From the NCBI GenBank assembly GCA_000004985.1, contig GG738897.1: a DNA stretch of 64,000 nt; one strand, written 5' to 3'. Below the pieces are notes generated by a model. That model made no database searches and was not told where the DNA came from. It worked only from the letters and a program-made list of their open reading frames with translations. How positions within the stretch are numbered: position 1 is the stretch's first letter; every line of letters begins with the position of its first letter. Below, piece by piece: positions 1-12,027 of this stretch. The DNA comes from Naegleria gruberi (taxonomy: Eukaryota). Both the position numbers and the translations under genes were made by a program.

Positions 1-2478
1 CATAAATTCTAATTGACCGCCATATCTTGTACCTATTGTTGGAAGACCCATAGACATAGCCTCAGCAAATGGTAGGCCGTAACCTTCACCACGAGTGGCA
101 AGGACAAAGCAATCCATGAGATGGTACAATTGAGGCATGACAGTTGTTGGAATAACATGTGACATAATATTGACAAATGGAAGATCATCTTTGGTCAGCT
201 CAGGATGTTTCATCAAGAAAGCTTGACGTACTTTGTCGATTTCCATTTCTACCACCTCTTCATCTCTTCCATTAGGATGCATAAAGATGTAAGTTTGAAT
301 ATGTAGAGTTACATCCTTTACCTTTGCAAACTCTGAAAAGTAGGCATTGAGCAAGTATTCAGGACCCTTTCTTTCCTCATACTTGAACACAGAGAAGAAA
401 TGGTAATGGTTAGGTCTGTAATCCAATTGTTTAACAATCTTCTTCACTTGACTAACAGACAAGTATTTTGAATAGTTAGGGCTGTAAAATTCGATATCAA
501 CAGGTTCTGGAACCACAAAAATCTTATCTGGGTCAACACCATAGGTATTAATTAGAGGATCAACAAGAAAACTACTTGGAAGCCACAATTCATCAACATA
601 TTTCAAATTATGAATCCAAACTTCTGATAAAATTTCAGTTTCAGCCATACTTCTTCCAATCTTATATCTTGGAATACCTTCCAAATGAACCAATCCTTTG
701 TAAGGATGTTGTTTTGGATAACGTTCAGGAGGTTTGTGTGAAATAAATATATCAATCATTGGGCTAACATATGTCTTGGAGATGAGACGATCCATAGCTT
801 CAAATTTGAAGCTTTCTAAACCTAGACACATATCCTCTCTACCTGTGATGATTCTCAAATTAGGTACTCTTGATTCAATATCAAGATCAGTCACAAACTC
901 CATAGTTTCAATAAACCACCCACTGCAACTTCCAGCACCAAAATCCCAAACAACAGAAAGATTTGTTTGGTTGTTAGGTCTTGATTGGCTGTTGATATTC
1001 ATTACTTCCTTCATAGTATCCTTATACTTTTTAAGGAAACCTTTACGTTGGCCTTTAGAATAGGAATTGAATGGTATAAACTTGGAAGCTGTTTTTGGGG
1101 GCTTTTCAAACTTGTTAACTGCTTCAGTTTTTTCTGGTTGTTTCTTGTTCTTATTCTTCAGAGAGTTGAAGAATGCAAAAGAATCCTGTGATGTTTCTTC
1201 CTTGGCTTCAACTTTAGGAACAGAGTAAGGTACAATCACTGAAAAATCATTATAAGTAGCATCATGATTAAATATAACTTTCTTTTCCTTTTTAAATAAT
1301 TCCAAGCATAATTGTAATTCGTTGAGGTCTCTTCCACCAAAATCATCAAGTCTTATCTCCTTAAATTCTGATTTCTTAATAAATGAACCAGCCAAACCAG
1401 TACAAAAACTGTATTGGTAAGTTTTGGAAGTTTTTGGAAGGGCAAAGTAGTTTCTTCCTCTCTTGTGATGGAATGGTGCAGGTATGTTGTCATCTCTTTT
1501 TGAGAGTCTGTAAGACATGCTATAAATGTTAAATGATACATCACTTTCACGTTTAACATCAGTATTATAGGTTGGTAATTGTGTATAAATGTCAATTGGA
1601 TAGACTGAAAGGGATCCCATCACTGCTGCATCTGTATTGCATTTCAGTAATTTCAACTTGATATCAAATATTTCATAGCTTGTTAATTCTGGTTGAAGAA
1701 TTGTAACAGAATGTGGTAAGAAGAAAATATAATCTCCACTTGATTTCTTCAATCCTGTTGTGAGTAATTCCAGTTCGTGCTTTAAATTTTCCACTTCAAC
1801 TACTTGTTTTTGAACTGATCTCAAATGGGTTGGAATTACAGCTTGTCCCTTCGTTTTGAAAACAATCCATTCTATTGAAACACTCTTATCAAATGCTTGG
1901 TTTCTAATATAATTAAAATCAGACTCCCTTAAACTTGTAGTAACCAATATACTAATCTTTGTGTTTTTCAAAGGTGTTCCTAAAGGAGTTTGACATTCAT
2001 GCAAACCACTTTTAGGAGTGTTAACTAAACTCCTTGATAATCCACTCTGATGATTTAATGTTGTGATCAAGGCCTTGTTTTCAATCACTGTTGAATGCTT
2101 TAGTTTTGAAAGTAAAATTAACATCATGAAGAATAATAAAAATCCCGATACAGCCAAAATCATTAATAACCTTCTACCACAACAACTTCCCTTCCTGACA
2201 AATCCCTCTCTTGTTGATGCAGAAGAATTCTTTTTCCTATTCAAACATGAACAAATTGATACTTTGGATTTTCTAATCGGAATTTGAGATACCGAAGAAG
2301 AACTGCTGAAGGATACTGATGGAGGTGGACCAGTAGTCGATATAGCATCCTCATCATACGCCATACTGCCCCCTTGCTGCTCACGAAGAGAAGATGAAGA
2401 ATTAGTGTGCGTCAGATTTGGATTGCTCATTGTCGAACGCATTGATGATGAAGATGCACCCTGTGGTGAGGAGTACAT
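1..2478 (-). CDS. Glycosyltransferase family 4 (GT1/GT4 fold) protein, N-terminal TM anchor plus large lumenal domain; partial, C-terminus runs off the window start
   Basis: Hand translation of the minus strand from ATG at 2476-2478 gives an uninterrupted ~826-codon frame to position 1 (not listed in the track because there is no in-window stop). Start reads MYSSPQGASSSS..., then a hydrophobic segment LLMILAVSGFLLFFMMLILL. The end reads ...DCFVLATRGEGYGLPFAEAMSMGLPTIGTRYGGQLEFM, the classic GT4 E-x7-E nucleotide-sugar motif. The short - strand ORF 1353..1595 in the track is an out-of-frame shadow. Confidence 0.55.
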   Translation of the reverse strand, partial: MYSSPQGASSSSMRSTMSNPNLTHTNSSSSLREQQGGSMAYDEDAISTTGPPPSVSFSSSSSVSQIPIRKSKVSICSCLNRKKNSSASTREGFVRKGSCCGRRLLMILAVSGFLLFFMMLILLSKLKHSTVIENKALITTLNHQSGLSRSLVNTPKSGLHECQTPLGTPLKNTKISILVTTSLRESDFNYIRNQAFDKSVSIEWIVFKTKGQAVIPTHLRSVQKQVVEVENLKHELELLTTGLKKSSGDYIFFLPHSVTILQPELTSYEIFDIKLKLLKCNTDAAVMGSLSVYPIDIYTQLPTYNTDVKRESDVSFNIYSMSYRLSKRDDNIPAPFHHKRGRNYFALPKTSKTYQYSFCTGLAGSFIKKSEFKEIRLDDFGGRDLNELQLCLELFKKEKKVIFNHDATYNDFSVIVPYSVPKVEAKEETSQDSFAFFNSLKNKNKKQPEKTEAVNKFEKPPKTASKFIPFNSYSKGQRKGFLKKYKDTMKEVMNINSQSRPNNQTNLSVVWDFGAGSCSGWFIETMEFVTDLDIESRVPNLRIITGREDMCLGLESFKFEAMDRLISKTYVSPMIDIFISHKPPERYPKQHPYKGLVHLEGIPRYKIGRSMAETEILSEVWIHNLKYVDELWLPSSFLVDPLINTYGVDPDKIFVVPEPVDIEFYSPNYSKYLSVSQVKKIVKQLDYRPNHYHFFSVFKYEERKGPEYLLNAYFSEFAKVKDVTLHIQTYIFMHPNGRDEEVVEMEIDKVRQAFLMKHPELTKDDLPFVNIMSHVIPTTVMPQLYHLMDCFVLATRGEGYGLPFAEAMSMGLPTIGTRYGGQLEFM

Positions 2479-2821
2479 TTTTTACTTTGAAAAAATCTGG
2501 ATCATCTTTTGAGGAACGGAAAGGGAAAGGATTGAGCTCTGATCTTTGTTCATGAGCCTCTAGTGGAGAGTTAATTTCTCAAGGTAATTATCTCTTCTTA
2601 ACCGGTAAGAAAGTGTGTAACACACTCAATATCAGTCAGTGTTGGCGCCAATTTTTCCTTAATTCTTTTTAAAAAAAAATAACCGAAGAAGGTTGATAGT
2701 AGAATAGAAAACATTCTTCTTGTATTATATCTAGTATCTTTTGAATATTATTATTGTGTTCACATTTGATGCTCAACAAGAATTAGTATTGGCTTCATCA
2801 GTGTCAACAATATCAGTCTGA

Positions 2822-5395
2822 ATGCTGAATAATAAATCCATTCAAGATGAAAAGGGGTTACAAGCTGCCTTAGATAAAAAGAGTCTTCATCAACAAACTA
2901 CTCTTTTCCCTCCGTCATGTTCATCAGAGTCTCTGGATCAATCACCAAATATCCTTCCCTATATTGCCAGGATTTTCGATAATGAAACTATTCAAGAACA
3001 CAAAAGTTATTTAAAATCGAAAGAGGATGTCTATAATCAATTTCTGGCTCCTTATACCGAATCAACAACATCATCAACCCATGCGTCACCTATTTTAGCA
3101 TATAATCAGTTTGAGGATGCTCCGATCTTTGAGGAACCATTACCACCAGAGAACAAGGAAGTCAAAATGCCTCTCCTATTAAAATCCCAGAAAGAGAATG
3201 TCTTTAATTCATCTTTCAAATTTGCAAGTGAGGAAGAAGAAGCAAAGTACTTGGATATGGTGGAAGTAATGACTGAGTATACAGACAGTGATTTCCTCAA
3301 TTCAACATCCTCATCCATTTCCTCAATACGATCTATCTCTTCCATTAAATCCTTGCCAACCAACAATGAAAAAGGAACTATGAAATTTGATGACCCTAAA
3401 AGACCTCTTCTCCAAAAACACAACCATCAGCAACAGCTTATAACAAAAAAGACAGAAAAGAAAAAGAATAATGATACAAGACCTCCTTTCCTTCCTACCT
3501 CAAAGAATGTGACAACTGATGTTCTACCACCTCCACCACCTCCTCCAAAAAAGCTTTACAGCAATATTTCCTCAAAGATCTCTCAAATTTTCAAAAATAC
3601 TCAAAAGAAGTCAAAAAATGATTCTCCCTCCAACTCTTCAGAAAGTGAAGAGTCTCTGCTATTAGTACCTTCAAAAACAAGATCTGTTTCCCCTTCTTCC
3701 TTAAATACCTCCCCTCCAGCAGCACCTGCTAATACAGCGACTAACTTGAAAAAAGTTGTAACCAACGTGAAAAACACCAACTCTGAAAAAACTCAAACGA
3801 CTCACGCTTATCTTAAGAGAAAGAGCATTTCGTTTGTGATATCATCAGCAACTACTTCCAAATCCACAAAGCAATCAACCCCACCAGAGAGATTAACCAA
3901 ACTTAAGGCTGGTCCACGAAAGCAATTACAGAAGAGTGATACCTCTCCAACATTGCTTAAAGAACCTCCAGCATCTTCGCTCAGATCTTCATCTTCCCTC
4001 ATTAGTTCATTCGTAGCTGAATTCAATGAAAGAAAAAAGAAAGTGGAGTTTGTTGCTGGCTCAAACTCTATTGCGACACTGCATGCCATTGAAAGAAAAA
4101 TCAAAGAAAAGTTCCAGATTGATCGAAAGCAAAAGATTGGTTTGAGCTACTTTGACAGGGAGTATAAACAGTGGCTAGAGGTTGATAACATAAAGGAACT
4201 TCAAGGTGCTAAGGTTAAAGTAAGCATTACAGAGGAAAAGAGCGAACCATCTTCAATATCTAGATCAGATTCATCAGCAGGTACTGACAGTCCAAAATCT
4301 CCATTCCGAGACACGTTTGAAATTTCTAAAGGTTGGATTATTATCAAGACATTAGGTGTTGGCAGCTTCGGTAATGTTATGCTTTGTTTTGATTCGAATG
4401 CTAATGAAATGATGGCTGTCAAGAAGATCCTTTACTCAGCAGAGAGTCAAGTCAAGCAAAAGATTGAAAAGGAAACAACTATTATGAAGAGCTTGAATCA
4501 TGAAAATATTGTTCGTTTTAAAGGAGTTGAATTTTCAAATGACTTTTGCTTCATTTTGATGGAGTTCCTTAGTGGTGGTTCCTTGAAACAAGTTCTCAAG
4601 AGAATGAACAAAGGATTATCAGAAGCTGTAGTCCAGTTATACTTGAAACAAATTTTGGTTGCACTGAAATACCTTCATGAGGATAGGGACGAGCCAATCT
4701 ATCACAGAGATCTCAAAAGTGAGAACATCTTACTCAAGAATGCAGAAATCATCAAATTGGCTGACTTTGGAGAAGCCAAATTAATTTGTAAAAATAGCCA
4801 CTTAGATAAATCAAGACAAGATGGATCCCTCACCAAGACTAAAGCAATGACGGGAACAATACCTTTCCTTAGTATTGAACAATTGAGAGGAGAAACTTGT
4901 TATAAGAGAAGCCATATGCCAGACATTTGGAGTTTGGGAATGACCATTCTCGAAATGTTAATAGGAAGAAATATTTGGTTCTCTTTATATCCAGCCAATC
5001 TTACCACAGAATATCAATATGTAGAATTTATGATTAACAATACGCATTTAATTTATGAAAACATTCCGTCTTACATATCTCCTCAATTGAGAGATTTAAT
5101 AACGAAATGCCTTTCTCTGTAAGTAATTTTCTGTCAATTTATCCTAACCAAATACAGAACCCCTGAACAGAGGCCTAAAGCTTCTGAACTACTCCGCCAT
5201 GAATTCTTTGAGCTCGACTTTTCAAAGAATATCAAGAATGACATGTGTGATATTTATAAGCAATTAGACACGATAAGAGAAGAATATCACAAGTTACACC
5301 TTGCCAGATTGCCAACTTACAAGTCTCTAAACAAGGAGAATGAAAACATTGTAAACATGAGCTCTCTATCTTATTCACAGTCATTTTTTGAATAA
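2822..5395 (+). CDS. Ser/Thr protein kinase (STE/MAP3K-like) with a long S/T/P-rich N-terminal region; 2 exons (2822..5118, 5158..5395), intron 5119..5157
   Basis: ATG at 2822. Catalytic motifs are GVGSFGNV, AVKKI, HRDLKSENILL and DFGEAK. An LPPPPPPPKKL poly-Pro stretch is present. ORF 2822..5122 stops at taa, but GTAAGT at 5119 and acag at 5154-5157 splice in-frame to give ...DLITKCLSL|TPEQRPKASELLRHEFFELDF..., the canonical end of kinase subdomain XI. Stop taa at 5393-5395. Confidence 0.8.
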
Positions 5396-5416
5396 ATAGT
5401 TAGAGCTTTATTTACA

Positions 5417-6969
5417 TTATAGGGATCTATGTTTAGTATTTTGAGTGTTAATTAAAGAGCTTGGATTTTCTCTCTCTTTGATTTCGTTTTTGCATTCATC
5501 ATTCTTTGTTAGATTAGTGAGTAGTGCAGTAGCATTTTTAGAAACTCTCTTGTTTGAATGCTGTGCTAGAGGCATTAGTGAGGGAATAGCATCCATTTTG
5601 AGTATTAAATTTTGTGCATTCATGTTGAGCGAAATATTGTACAGGCATGCTGTCAGATATTCTTTGGATTTGATGTTGACACCTGCTTCAGAGTGATCAA
5701 ATCAAGCAATTCTGTTACAATACCAATCTCAAGGAGTGCCTTCTCTCCTTCCTTAATTTCAGAACAGATACATGAGATCATGATTGAAAAATCCAAGCAC
5801 TTTCTGTAGGTGCTTTCTTCTTGATAAATTGGAATTGATAGAATCTCCGTTTCAAGGAGTTTATACACCTGAATGAGTCCATTTCTGTCATTGACAAAGT
5901 ATTCAACCATACTTTCTTCTTTAGTGAGTAAGGTAACCAGACATGAAAGAACCTTTTCCACGCTCTTTATGTCTTTTTCCTTCAATACGCTTTCAAGTAA
6001 TTTGGAGAGAGAAGAAAGAGTTTTGTTAGAAATGCATGAAGCCAAATAATCATTTTGTGAAATGTTCCAAACTGCTGTCGATGCACCAGTTGCCTTCTTT
6101 AAATCTTCACAATTTACCAACTCGATCATTTCTTCGATACATTCCTTAAGGTCATCAGTCAACTCATCAACATGCTCCATAACCATTGACATGCATACAA
6201 GACAATTTCCAGCATCTTCACCTTCCAAACTTGACAGCGCTTCTCCAAGCGCTGGTAAAATATTTGCATTCATGAGTTTTCGAGTAATTTCTTCATCTCT
6301 TTCCACACAAATATTCCAAACACAATTCAATGAGAGCGAAACGATATTAGAATGGAGAGAGTTGAGACCACAAGCTATGGCACTGAACATTTCTTCATTG
6401 TCTCTGATGGATTCAGCTCGATCCATAATGAGATTGGAAATGAGACTAATTGAATTAGTTTGAGCTTCTGTAGAAAGATCGTTTTCAAGTGCTTGACCAA
6501 GAATCTTGAAGATGTTTGAATACTTGATAAAATCTTCTCTGCTCTTTTCATCCTGAACAAGATTGAGTAAGGCACCAGTTGCATACTCAACTGCTAAAGT
6601 TTCGTCTACTTTCTTCTTCAATAAACGACAAACTTCTGAAACACCACCCTGTGCAACTATTTCTTCTCTACATTCATCATTATTAGAAACGTTCAATAGA
6701 ATGCCACATATTCTTGGATCCAAACTATCATGTAGCAACTCTAACAATGTGGAAATACCTCCCATTTCTAATAATTCTTCTGCAGTTTCGTCCTCAGTTG
6801 AGAGTGAGAAAATAATGCCAATTACTTTCTTCCATGCAGCTGTCTGTGAGTTCCCTGTTGATAGTTTCTTCTTCAATTCTTTCAAACTCTCTTCAAGAGA
6901 ACCTACAAAATTTGGACGAAACCATTTTAGAAACCAAAGGAACGAATCATTAACGTTGTAATAGGACAT
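5417..6969 (-). CDS. Armadillo (ARM)-repeat protein; main exon 5653..6969 plus probable 3' terminal exon within 5417..5623, junction unresolved
   Basis: ATG at 6967-6969 (rc). Repeated ARM-like units such as GILLNVSNNDECREEIVAQGGVSEV and LLNLVQDEKSRE. Downstream ORF 5417..5623 in another frame encodes another ARM-like unit (NATALLTNLTKNDECKNEIKE) almost identical in pattern. The gene therefore continues through a short intron; a candidate is donor cag|gtgtca with acceptor cacag|cat giving ...LITLKQ|HSNKRVSKNATALL.... Alternatively there is a frameshift. Confidence 0.55.
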
Positions 6970-8026
6970 TTAAAGATTAATAATAAAACACTTACTGTGA
7001 TGATTTAAACTCATTCTTTTGTTTTTTTCTGAATTGTCTTTCACACTTCAGTTTTGACCAACGAACAAGAATGAGAAAATTTGGTGTGACCATGTCAACC
7101 CAAAGTAGTAGATAATAACACTTCCTAAAATTGATGACTAGCGATAAAAGGCCATAAATACTTGTTAATGCCTTGATGATTAGTTACAATTCTTACTATT
7201 TAGTATCCTGAAGGTGTTTTTTGATAGTATTATTCAATAATTTGCATTGACCATATCGAGATAAATGGTAACAATGAGGAAATGCTGAATGGCATCCCAA
7301 AACGAGAATCAACAGAAACAGTCACACACTCCTATTGATAAGCACAACAGAGAGAGTTTGTGAATGACAAAACCACCCAGGTATAATCTTCCATCATTTC
7401 AAACAATAGCTTTTTTCATACAGCAAGATTACTCTATTCATCAATAGTGATCAATGAGATTCTGCTCTCGGTCTCATCTGATTGAACATTACATATTTCC
7501 TTGAAAAACCACCTTCTGATCCAACAAAATATTTAAGATTTTTCACAAAGATCACTCCTGAAAACTGTCTGTATCTACAACTGCTCTCAATTCAACTCCT
7601 AACATCTTTAAGGTGAAGGCAAAACCTATCCTCAATGAGTTGGAATTTTAAACAACTTTTGTTTAAAGAGAAGTTTTAGAACTTGTATCATGTATGAAGA
7701 TGTCATCCAATAGTGAGATTGCTATCTTTAACAACATTCATATAGTCAACTGCCTCAACCTTTGCAAAAATTGAAAACAACCCTTTCAAACTTCCTTACT
7801 CCAATTAATCAGGAGCTGTAGATGAATATTAACCTAATACCTTGCAAAATGGAAACGGAAATTTATCTTTATAATAATTGAAGCTTCATGTCGTCGTGGC
7901 ACATATTTACTTTCCTACTCCTCATCAAAGATGTCTTCGTATTGTTGTGAACAGCACAATATCTTCATCACAAGAAGACAGTGGGAATAATTTGTTATTT
8001 ATCGCTCCTTCTCAAAAGCACAAAAA

Positions 8027-9142
8027 ATGTCCCAACAAGAGAATACTCCATCATCACAAGAAAACACAACCAAGACAATATGGTTGGATGGTTGTTTTGA
8101 TATGATGCACTTTGGTCATGCCAATGTTATTAGACAAGCTTATAATTTATTCCCAAATGTTAAACTTCTTGTTGGTGTTCACTCCGATGAAGAAATTTTG
8201 AGACACAAAGGTCCAACTATTATGAAGGCTAATGAACGTTATGAACACGTTAGAAGTTGTAAATGGGTTGATGGTGTTATTGAAGATGCTCCATACGTAA
8301 CCGATCTTGAAATGTTAAAAAAGTATAATGTTGATTATTGTGTCCATGGTGATGACATTTCCTTTGATGAAAATGGAGAAGATTCATACAAGGCTATTAG
8401 ACAAGCTGGTTTGATGATGATTGTACCAAGAACTGAAGGTGTTAGTACAACTGATATTATCGGAAGAATGTTAAAACTTTCAAAATATAGAGAATTAGTT
8501 GCTCAAGGAATTGACCCAAGTGGCATTGAAGAATTAAAGCCACAAAGTGAAGTTGATCAAACTTGCATTTCTCCATACACTCGTACTAGACAACATTATC
8601 CATCAGTTAACCAAATTAATCAATTTGCTGCCAAGACTTCTCCACCTCCACCAGGTGCCAAGATTGTCTATGTTGATGGTGCTTTTGATATGTTCCACAC
8701 TGGTCACATTGAATTTTTGAAGGCTGCTAAAAAGCTTGGTGATTACCTCATTGTTGGTTTGCATGAAGATAAGGTCATTTCACAATTTAAGGGCCCACAT
8801 CACCCAATTATGAATATTCATGAAAGATTATTGAGTGTATTGTCTTGTAGATATGTTGATGATGTCATTATTGGAGCTCCATTCATTGTCACACAAGATT
8901 TGGTTGATGTTATGAAGATTAATATTGTAGTTTCTGGAACTGTTTTGGAACCTGAAGTTAAGGTTGATCCATATGAATTGCCAAAGAAGCTTGGTATTTA
9001 TCATCAAATTGAATCACCATGTAAAGAATTGACCACAACAAATATTATTAACAGAATTATTGATAATGCTAAGAGATATGAAGAAAGAAATGCTAAGAAG
9101 CAAGCTAAGGAAGTTCAAGGTATTGCCAATTTGAACAATTAA
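8027..9142 (+). CDS. Ethanolamine-phosphate cytidylyltransferase (PCYT2/ECT1-type, tandem CTP-transferase domains)
   Basis: Single exon with ATG at 8027. It has two cytidylyltransferase HxGH motifs (HFGHANVIRQAY and HTGHIEFLKAAK), each followed by an RYVD-type second-half motif. This is the tandem-domain architecture typical of ECT rather than CCT. Confidence 0.9.
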   Translation: MSQQENTPSSQENTTKTIWLDGCFDMMHFGHANVIRQAYNLFPNVKLLVGVHSDEEILRHKGPTIMKANERYEHVRSCKWVDGVIEDAPYVTDLEMLKKYNVDYCVHGDDISFDENGEDSYKAIRQAGLMMIVPRTEGVSTTDIIGRMLKLSKYRELVAQGIDPSGIEELKPQSEVDQTCISPYTRTRQHYPSVNQINQFAAKTSPPPPGAKIVYVDGAFDMFHTGHIEFLKAAKKLGDYLIVGLHEDKVISQFKGPHHPIMNIHERLLSVLSCRYVDDVIIGAPFIVTQDLVDVMKINIVVSGTVLEPEVKVDPYELPKKLGIYHQIESPCKELTTTNIINRIIDNAKRYEERNAKKQAKEVQGIANLNN

Positions 9143-9292
9143 ATTGTATAATAAATTATTTATTTTAATAACATGCACAAGCACTTTGAAATTACAGAAC
9201 TTCAATACTATCCTAATTTATGGTACTAATTGAAACCTGAAGATTAAATGTAAATCCATTTGGCGCCAAATAATAATTAAAAAAAAGTAAAA

Positions 9293-9787
9293 ATGTCTGA
9301 TCAAGGTCCACCACAAGGAACTCAAGAATTAACTGTCTTTGTCCAAAATTTGCTCCACCAAATGGTAAGAAGATCTAGAAAATTTGTGATGATAGAGTAA
9401 TAATAATTAACGGATTTTGTTTTTTCGGAAAATTAATTTTGTGTGGATTGTATTATCAATGATTCATCAAACTATTATTTTGGATTGTTATGATTTGGAA
9501 AATAATTACTGGATAAATGATAAATAGCAAAAAAGATTCCAAGATATGTCTGATACCATTATAAAGAGGAGTATGTTTAAATTATTGTTGAATATTAATT
9601 AAACTAAATAATAATAACTAGTCGATGAAATGGGAACAAGAATCGATGACTTGGAAAAGAGTATTTCAGATCTCATGGAACAAGCCGGTAGTAAGTATTA
9701 TCACATCACACAAATATTAACAAGCACCAAGTCCCTGATGAACAACAAGGAAAGGACTCTTCCACAGATTCATCCACCAACAAATAA
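9293..9787 (+). CDS. HSBP1: Heat shock factor-binding protein 1 (HSBP1); 4 micro-exons: 9293..9364, 9528..9570, 9622..9687, 9732..9787
   Basis: Spliced product MSDQGPPQGTQELTVFVQNLLHQM|QKRFQDMSDTIIKR|IDEMGTRIDDLEKSISDLMEQAG|VPDEQQGKDSSTDSSTNK. It aligns along its whole length with the conserved HSBP1 heptad core (…[45 protein letters not shown]…). Donors are gtaaga, gtatgt and gtagta; acceptors are tag, tag and aag. Only one exon (9630..9824 ORF) appears in the track. Confidence 0.75.
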
Positions 9788-9987
9788 AGATCTCATCTTC
9801 AATTGTATTCAATCTTCATTCTAATCAATGAATGAAGGTTACCTCGTAATGTGCCTCTTTGAAGGACTTTCATCTCCTTCTCTTTTCCGTAGCCTTTTTA
9901 AAAAAATCAACAACAATATCTTGCGTCTTTGTCGGTGCTGATTTTCTCTTGTACTATAAATATCAAATTATTTGGAAAATCATCACA

Positions 9988-11154
9988 ATGATCATTACAT
10001 ATCGAAAGCACTCTAAACCGAACAAGATACAACATGTTTTCTCTCTGGTGGTATTTATGATGGTTTTATCAATGATGTCAATAGTGGTTTCATCTCTTCC
10101 TCTTCTTTCAAAAACAAGAGCTTTACCGGATTTTATTCCTCTCAACTTTAAATCGAGTTATCACTTGGATAATGTTGTACATAGCAAACCTATTTATTTT
10201 GAGTTGGCTCTTTCGCCCAATGAAACTTATCAAGGATTTTCAATTTCAATTTTATGTGATGGTGGAAATGGATGTAGTAATACTTATACTAGCTTGAATG
10301 TGAGTCTTGATCCATACTTGTTATTGGATGGGAAGTCAATGTGGCCATATAATGAATCAACAATTTATCCAGGTTTGACCATTACACAATTCTCAAATCC
10401 TCCATTCAAATCTGGAGTCACCTATTACATTGCATATGCCAGTTCTTCTGATATACCAAGTGCAAGTGTTGCATGTCAATCATTCCCTTCAAATCCTCGT
10501 CAATTAATGATGAATTCAAAGGAAACACTGGTTTCAATCAAGAGAAAAAATCAAAAAAATCTATTTGATTTTTCAGTGTTCGTTCCAATTGCTCACAATA
10601 ATCAAGTTGATGAATTAACAGAACATTACAAATCTCAAGAAAAGGCATTTACCTTATTCAAATCATCTCTCTCACATGTTGCTAATGGAGATTTTTCATT
10701 TGTAAGAAAGAATATTCACCCAAAGCACTACTCATCAGATCACTTAAAACTCAAACACACAGACTTTTGTCGTTCGTTTGAATATAAGGTTTATGAGGAT
10801 CATTCACCTTGGAGAAATATTTGGTCAAAGAAGGAAACAGCTCCACAATCAACAGAATATTTAAAGAAATTCTTCTTGGAAAATCAAGATAAGATGCATT
10901 TAATTTTCGATTCAAGTAACCATAAGGATTTCTGCTCTCTTATTCAAGATGTTCCATTTGGTATTTTCAACTACAGAGCCAATTTCTCTGATAAGAAATC
11001 TGTAACCTTATTTGTAACAATATCTGTAGATGGAGTTGTGGAATATGTCCACTATCCACTGGTTATTACTCCAACAAATGATACTCTCTTTAGCAAGTTC
11101 TCTGATTTCACTCACAGAGTACTTTCCAATATATCAAACTATCTGTTGCACTAA
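9988..11154 (+). CDS. Hypothetical protein with N-terminal signal-anchor/TM segment (lineage-specific)
   Basis: Track ORF 9859..11154 begins at a TTG. The first ATG in frame is at 9988 (MIITYRKHSKPNKIQHVFSLVVFMMVLSMMSIVVSSL…), followed by a 370-aa Cys/Asn-containing domain. I recognised no conserved catalytic motif. Confidence 0.4.
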   Translation: MIITYRKHSKPNKIQHVFSLVVFMMVLSMMSIVVSSLPLLSKTRALPDFIPLNFKSSYHLDNVVHSKPIYFELALSPNETYQGFSISILCDGGNGCSNTYTSLNVSLDPYLLLDGKSMWPYNESTIYPGLTITQFSNPPFKSGVTYYIAYASSSDIPSASVACQSFPSNPRQLMMNSKETLVSIKRKNQKNLFDFSVFVPIAHNNQVDELTEHYKSQEKAFTLFKSSLSHVANGDFSFVRKNIHPKHYSSDHLKLKHTDFCRSFEYKVYEDHSPWRNIWSKKETAPQSTEYLKKFFLENQDKMHLIFDSSNHKDFCSLIQDVPFGIFNYRANFSDKKSVTLFVTISVDGVVEYVHYPLVITPTNDTLFSKFSDFTHRVLSNISNYLLH

Positions 11155-11210
11155 AACAAGTTGGTGATCATAATCACCCAGTTATAGCAACGAGTTCAGA
11201 TAAATAAATT

Positions 11211-11618
11211 TTAATTATTATTTTGCACTTCTTGTTTAAATGTTGTTTGTTGTGCTTCTTCAATTCTTTGATAATCATGAAATAAATAGGTAGCCTCCAC
11301 ATCCGAAATTAATCTCAAAAGGTTTTGGCAAGCATCAACCATCGAAGATGCTGTTGTTGATAACTGTAATTCATCCTTTTCATTTTGTGTCTTATTTACA
11401 TATTTATTATTTACTGAAGCAGTATTACTATCCATAACTCGTGATGATTCAACAAGTGTTTCCATCAGTGAAGCTAATCTAGTTGTTTCTCTATCCAATG
11501 TTTCATATCTAGAATCTGTGAGAGAGAACAGATCCTTTCCGAGATGTTGTGCTTTTGTTGTATTTACAACTTCTTGCTTTGGCTGCTGGAGTTGTTGTGT
11601 GGAGGGATTTCTTTGCAT
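11211..11618 (-). CDS. Small coiled-coil nuclear protein, possibly Mediator subunit Med22/Surf5-like
   Basis: ATG at 11616-11618 (rc), 135 aa. Two predicted helices. The C-terminal SMVDACQNLLRLISDVEATYLFHDY resembles the Med22 LMKLVSDLKQFLILNDF helix. The assignment is weak. Confidence 0.4.
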   Translation of the reverse strand: MQRNPSTQQLQQPKQEVVNTTKAQHLGKDLFSLTDSRYETLDRETTRLASLMETLVESSRVMDSNTASVNNKYVNKTQNEKDELQLSTTASSMVDACQNLLRLISDVEATYLFHDYQRIEEAQQTTFKQEVQNNN

Positions 11619-11795
11619 TTTTTTAAATTTATTAATAAATTTTTGTTTGATTTATTTTGTTATTAAATCTGTATTATTGATGCTCAGTAGCAAATGATAA
11701 CCAGAAAAAAGTGGTATTACTGAGTGTAAGTTTTGCTTAGGATTAATGACCTAGGTCATGTTCCAGTTCTTTTAAGGTAAAAAGAGGTCAAAAGC

Positions 11796-11879
11796 TCCGA
11801 TGAGACGGAATCGAACCGCCGACCACAGGATAACAGGTACAACTACAGTCCCATGCTCTACCAGCTGAGCTATCATCGG
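11796..11879 (-). tRNA. tRNA-Tyr (anticodon GTA) with ~11-nt intron 3' of the anticodon
   Basis: The minus strand reads CCGATGA-TA-GCTC-AGCTGGTA-GAGC-A-TGGGA-CTGTAG-[ttgtacctgtt]-A-TCCTG-TGGTC-GGCGG-TTCGATT-CCGTC-TCATCGG-A. It has a 7-bp acceptor stem, a canonical D-arm (TAGCTCAGCTGGTAGAGC), a TΨC loop GGTTCGATTCC and a GTA anticodon with the intron one nt after it, as is typical for eukaryotic tRNA-Tyr. Confidence 0.8.
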
Positions 11880-12027
11880 TACATTAATTGGTTTATTTTT
11901 GCCTTTAAAACTTCTAAAAATAAGCAAATTTGATAACACAAGAAGTTCAACTAAACACTGAGTGCTTTGGTGGAATGTGAACATTGTGCTATAAAGTGCA
12001 GACTTGAACTTTACCATGTAGAAAAAA

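Noticed and set aside
3106-4422. Minus-strand ORFs 3106..3423, 3808..4104 and 4201..4422 inside the kinase gene. The same applies to 6062..6590 within the ARM gene, 18089..20029 within transportin, 23910..25236 within the RGS gene, 55149..56036 within ALDH, and 56476..60969 within the giant gene
   Set aside because: They are antisense or out-of-frame shadow ORFs inside long, well-supported coding regions. They are low-complexity and lack motifs. Several begin at non-ATG codons that the track mis-translates as M.
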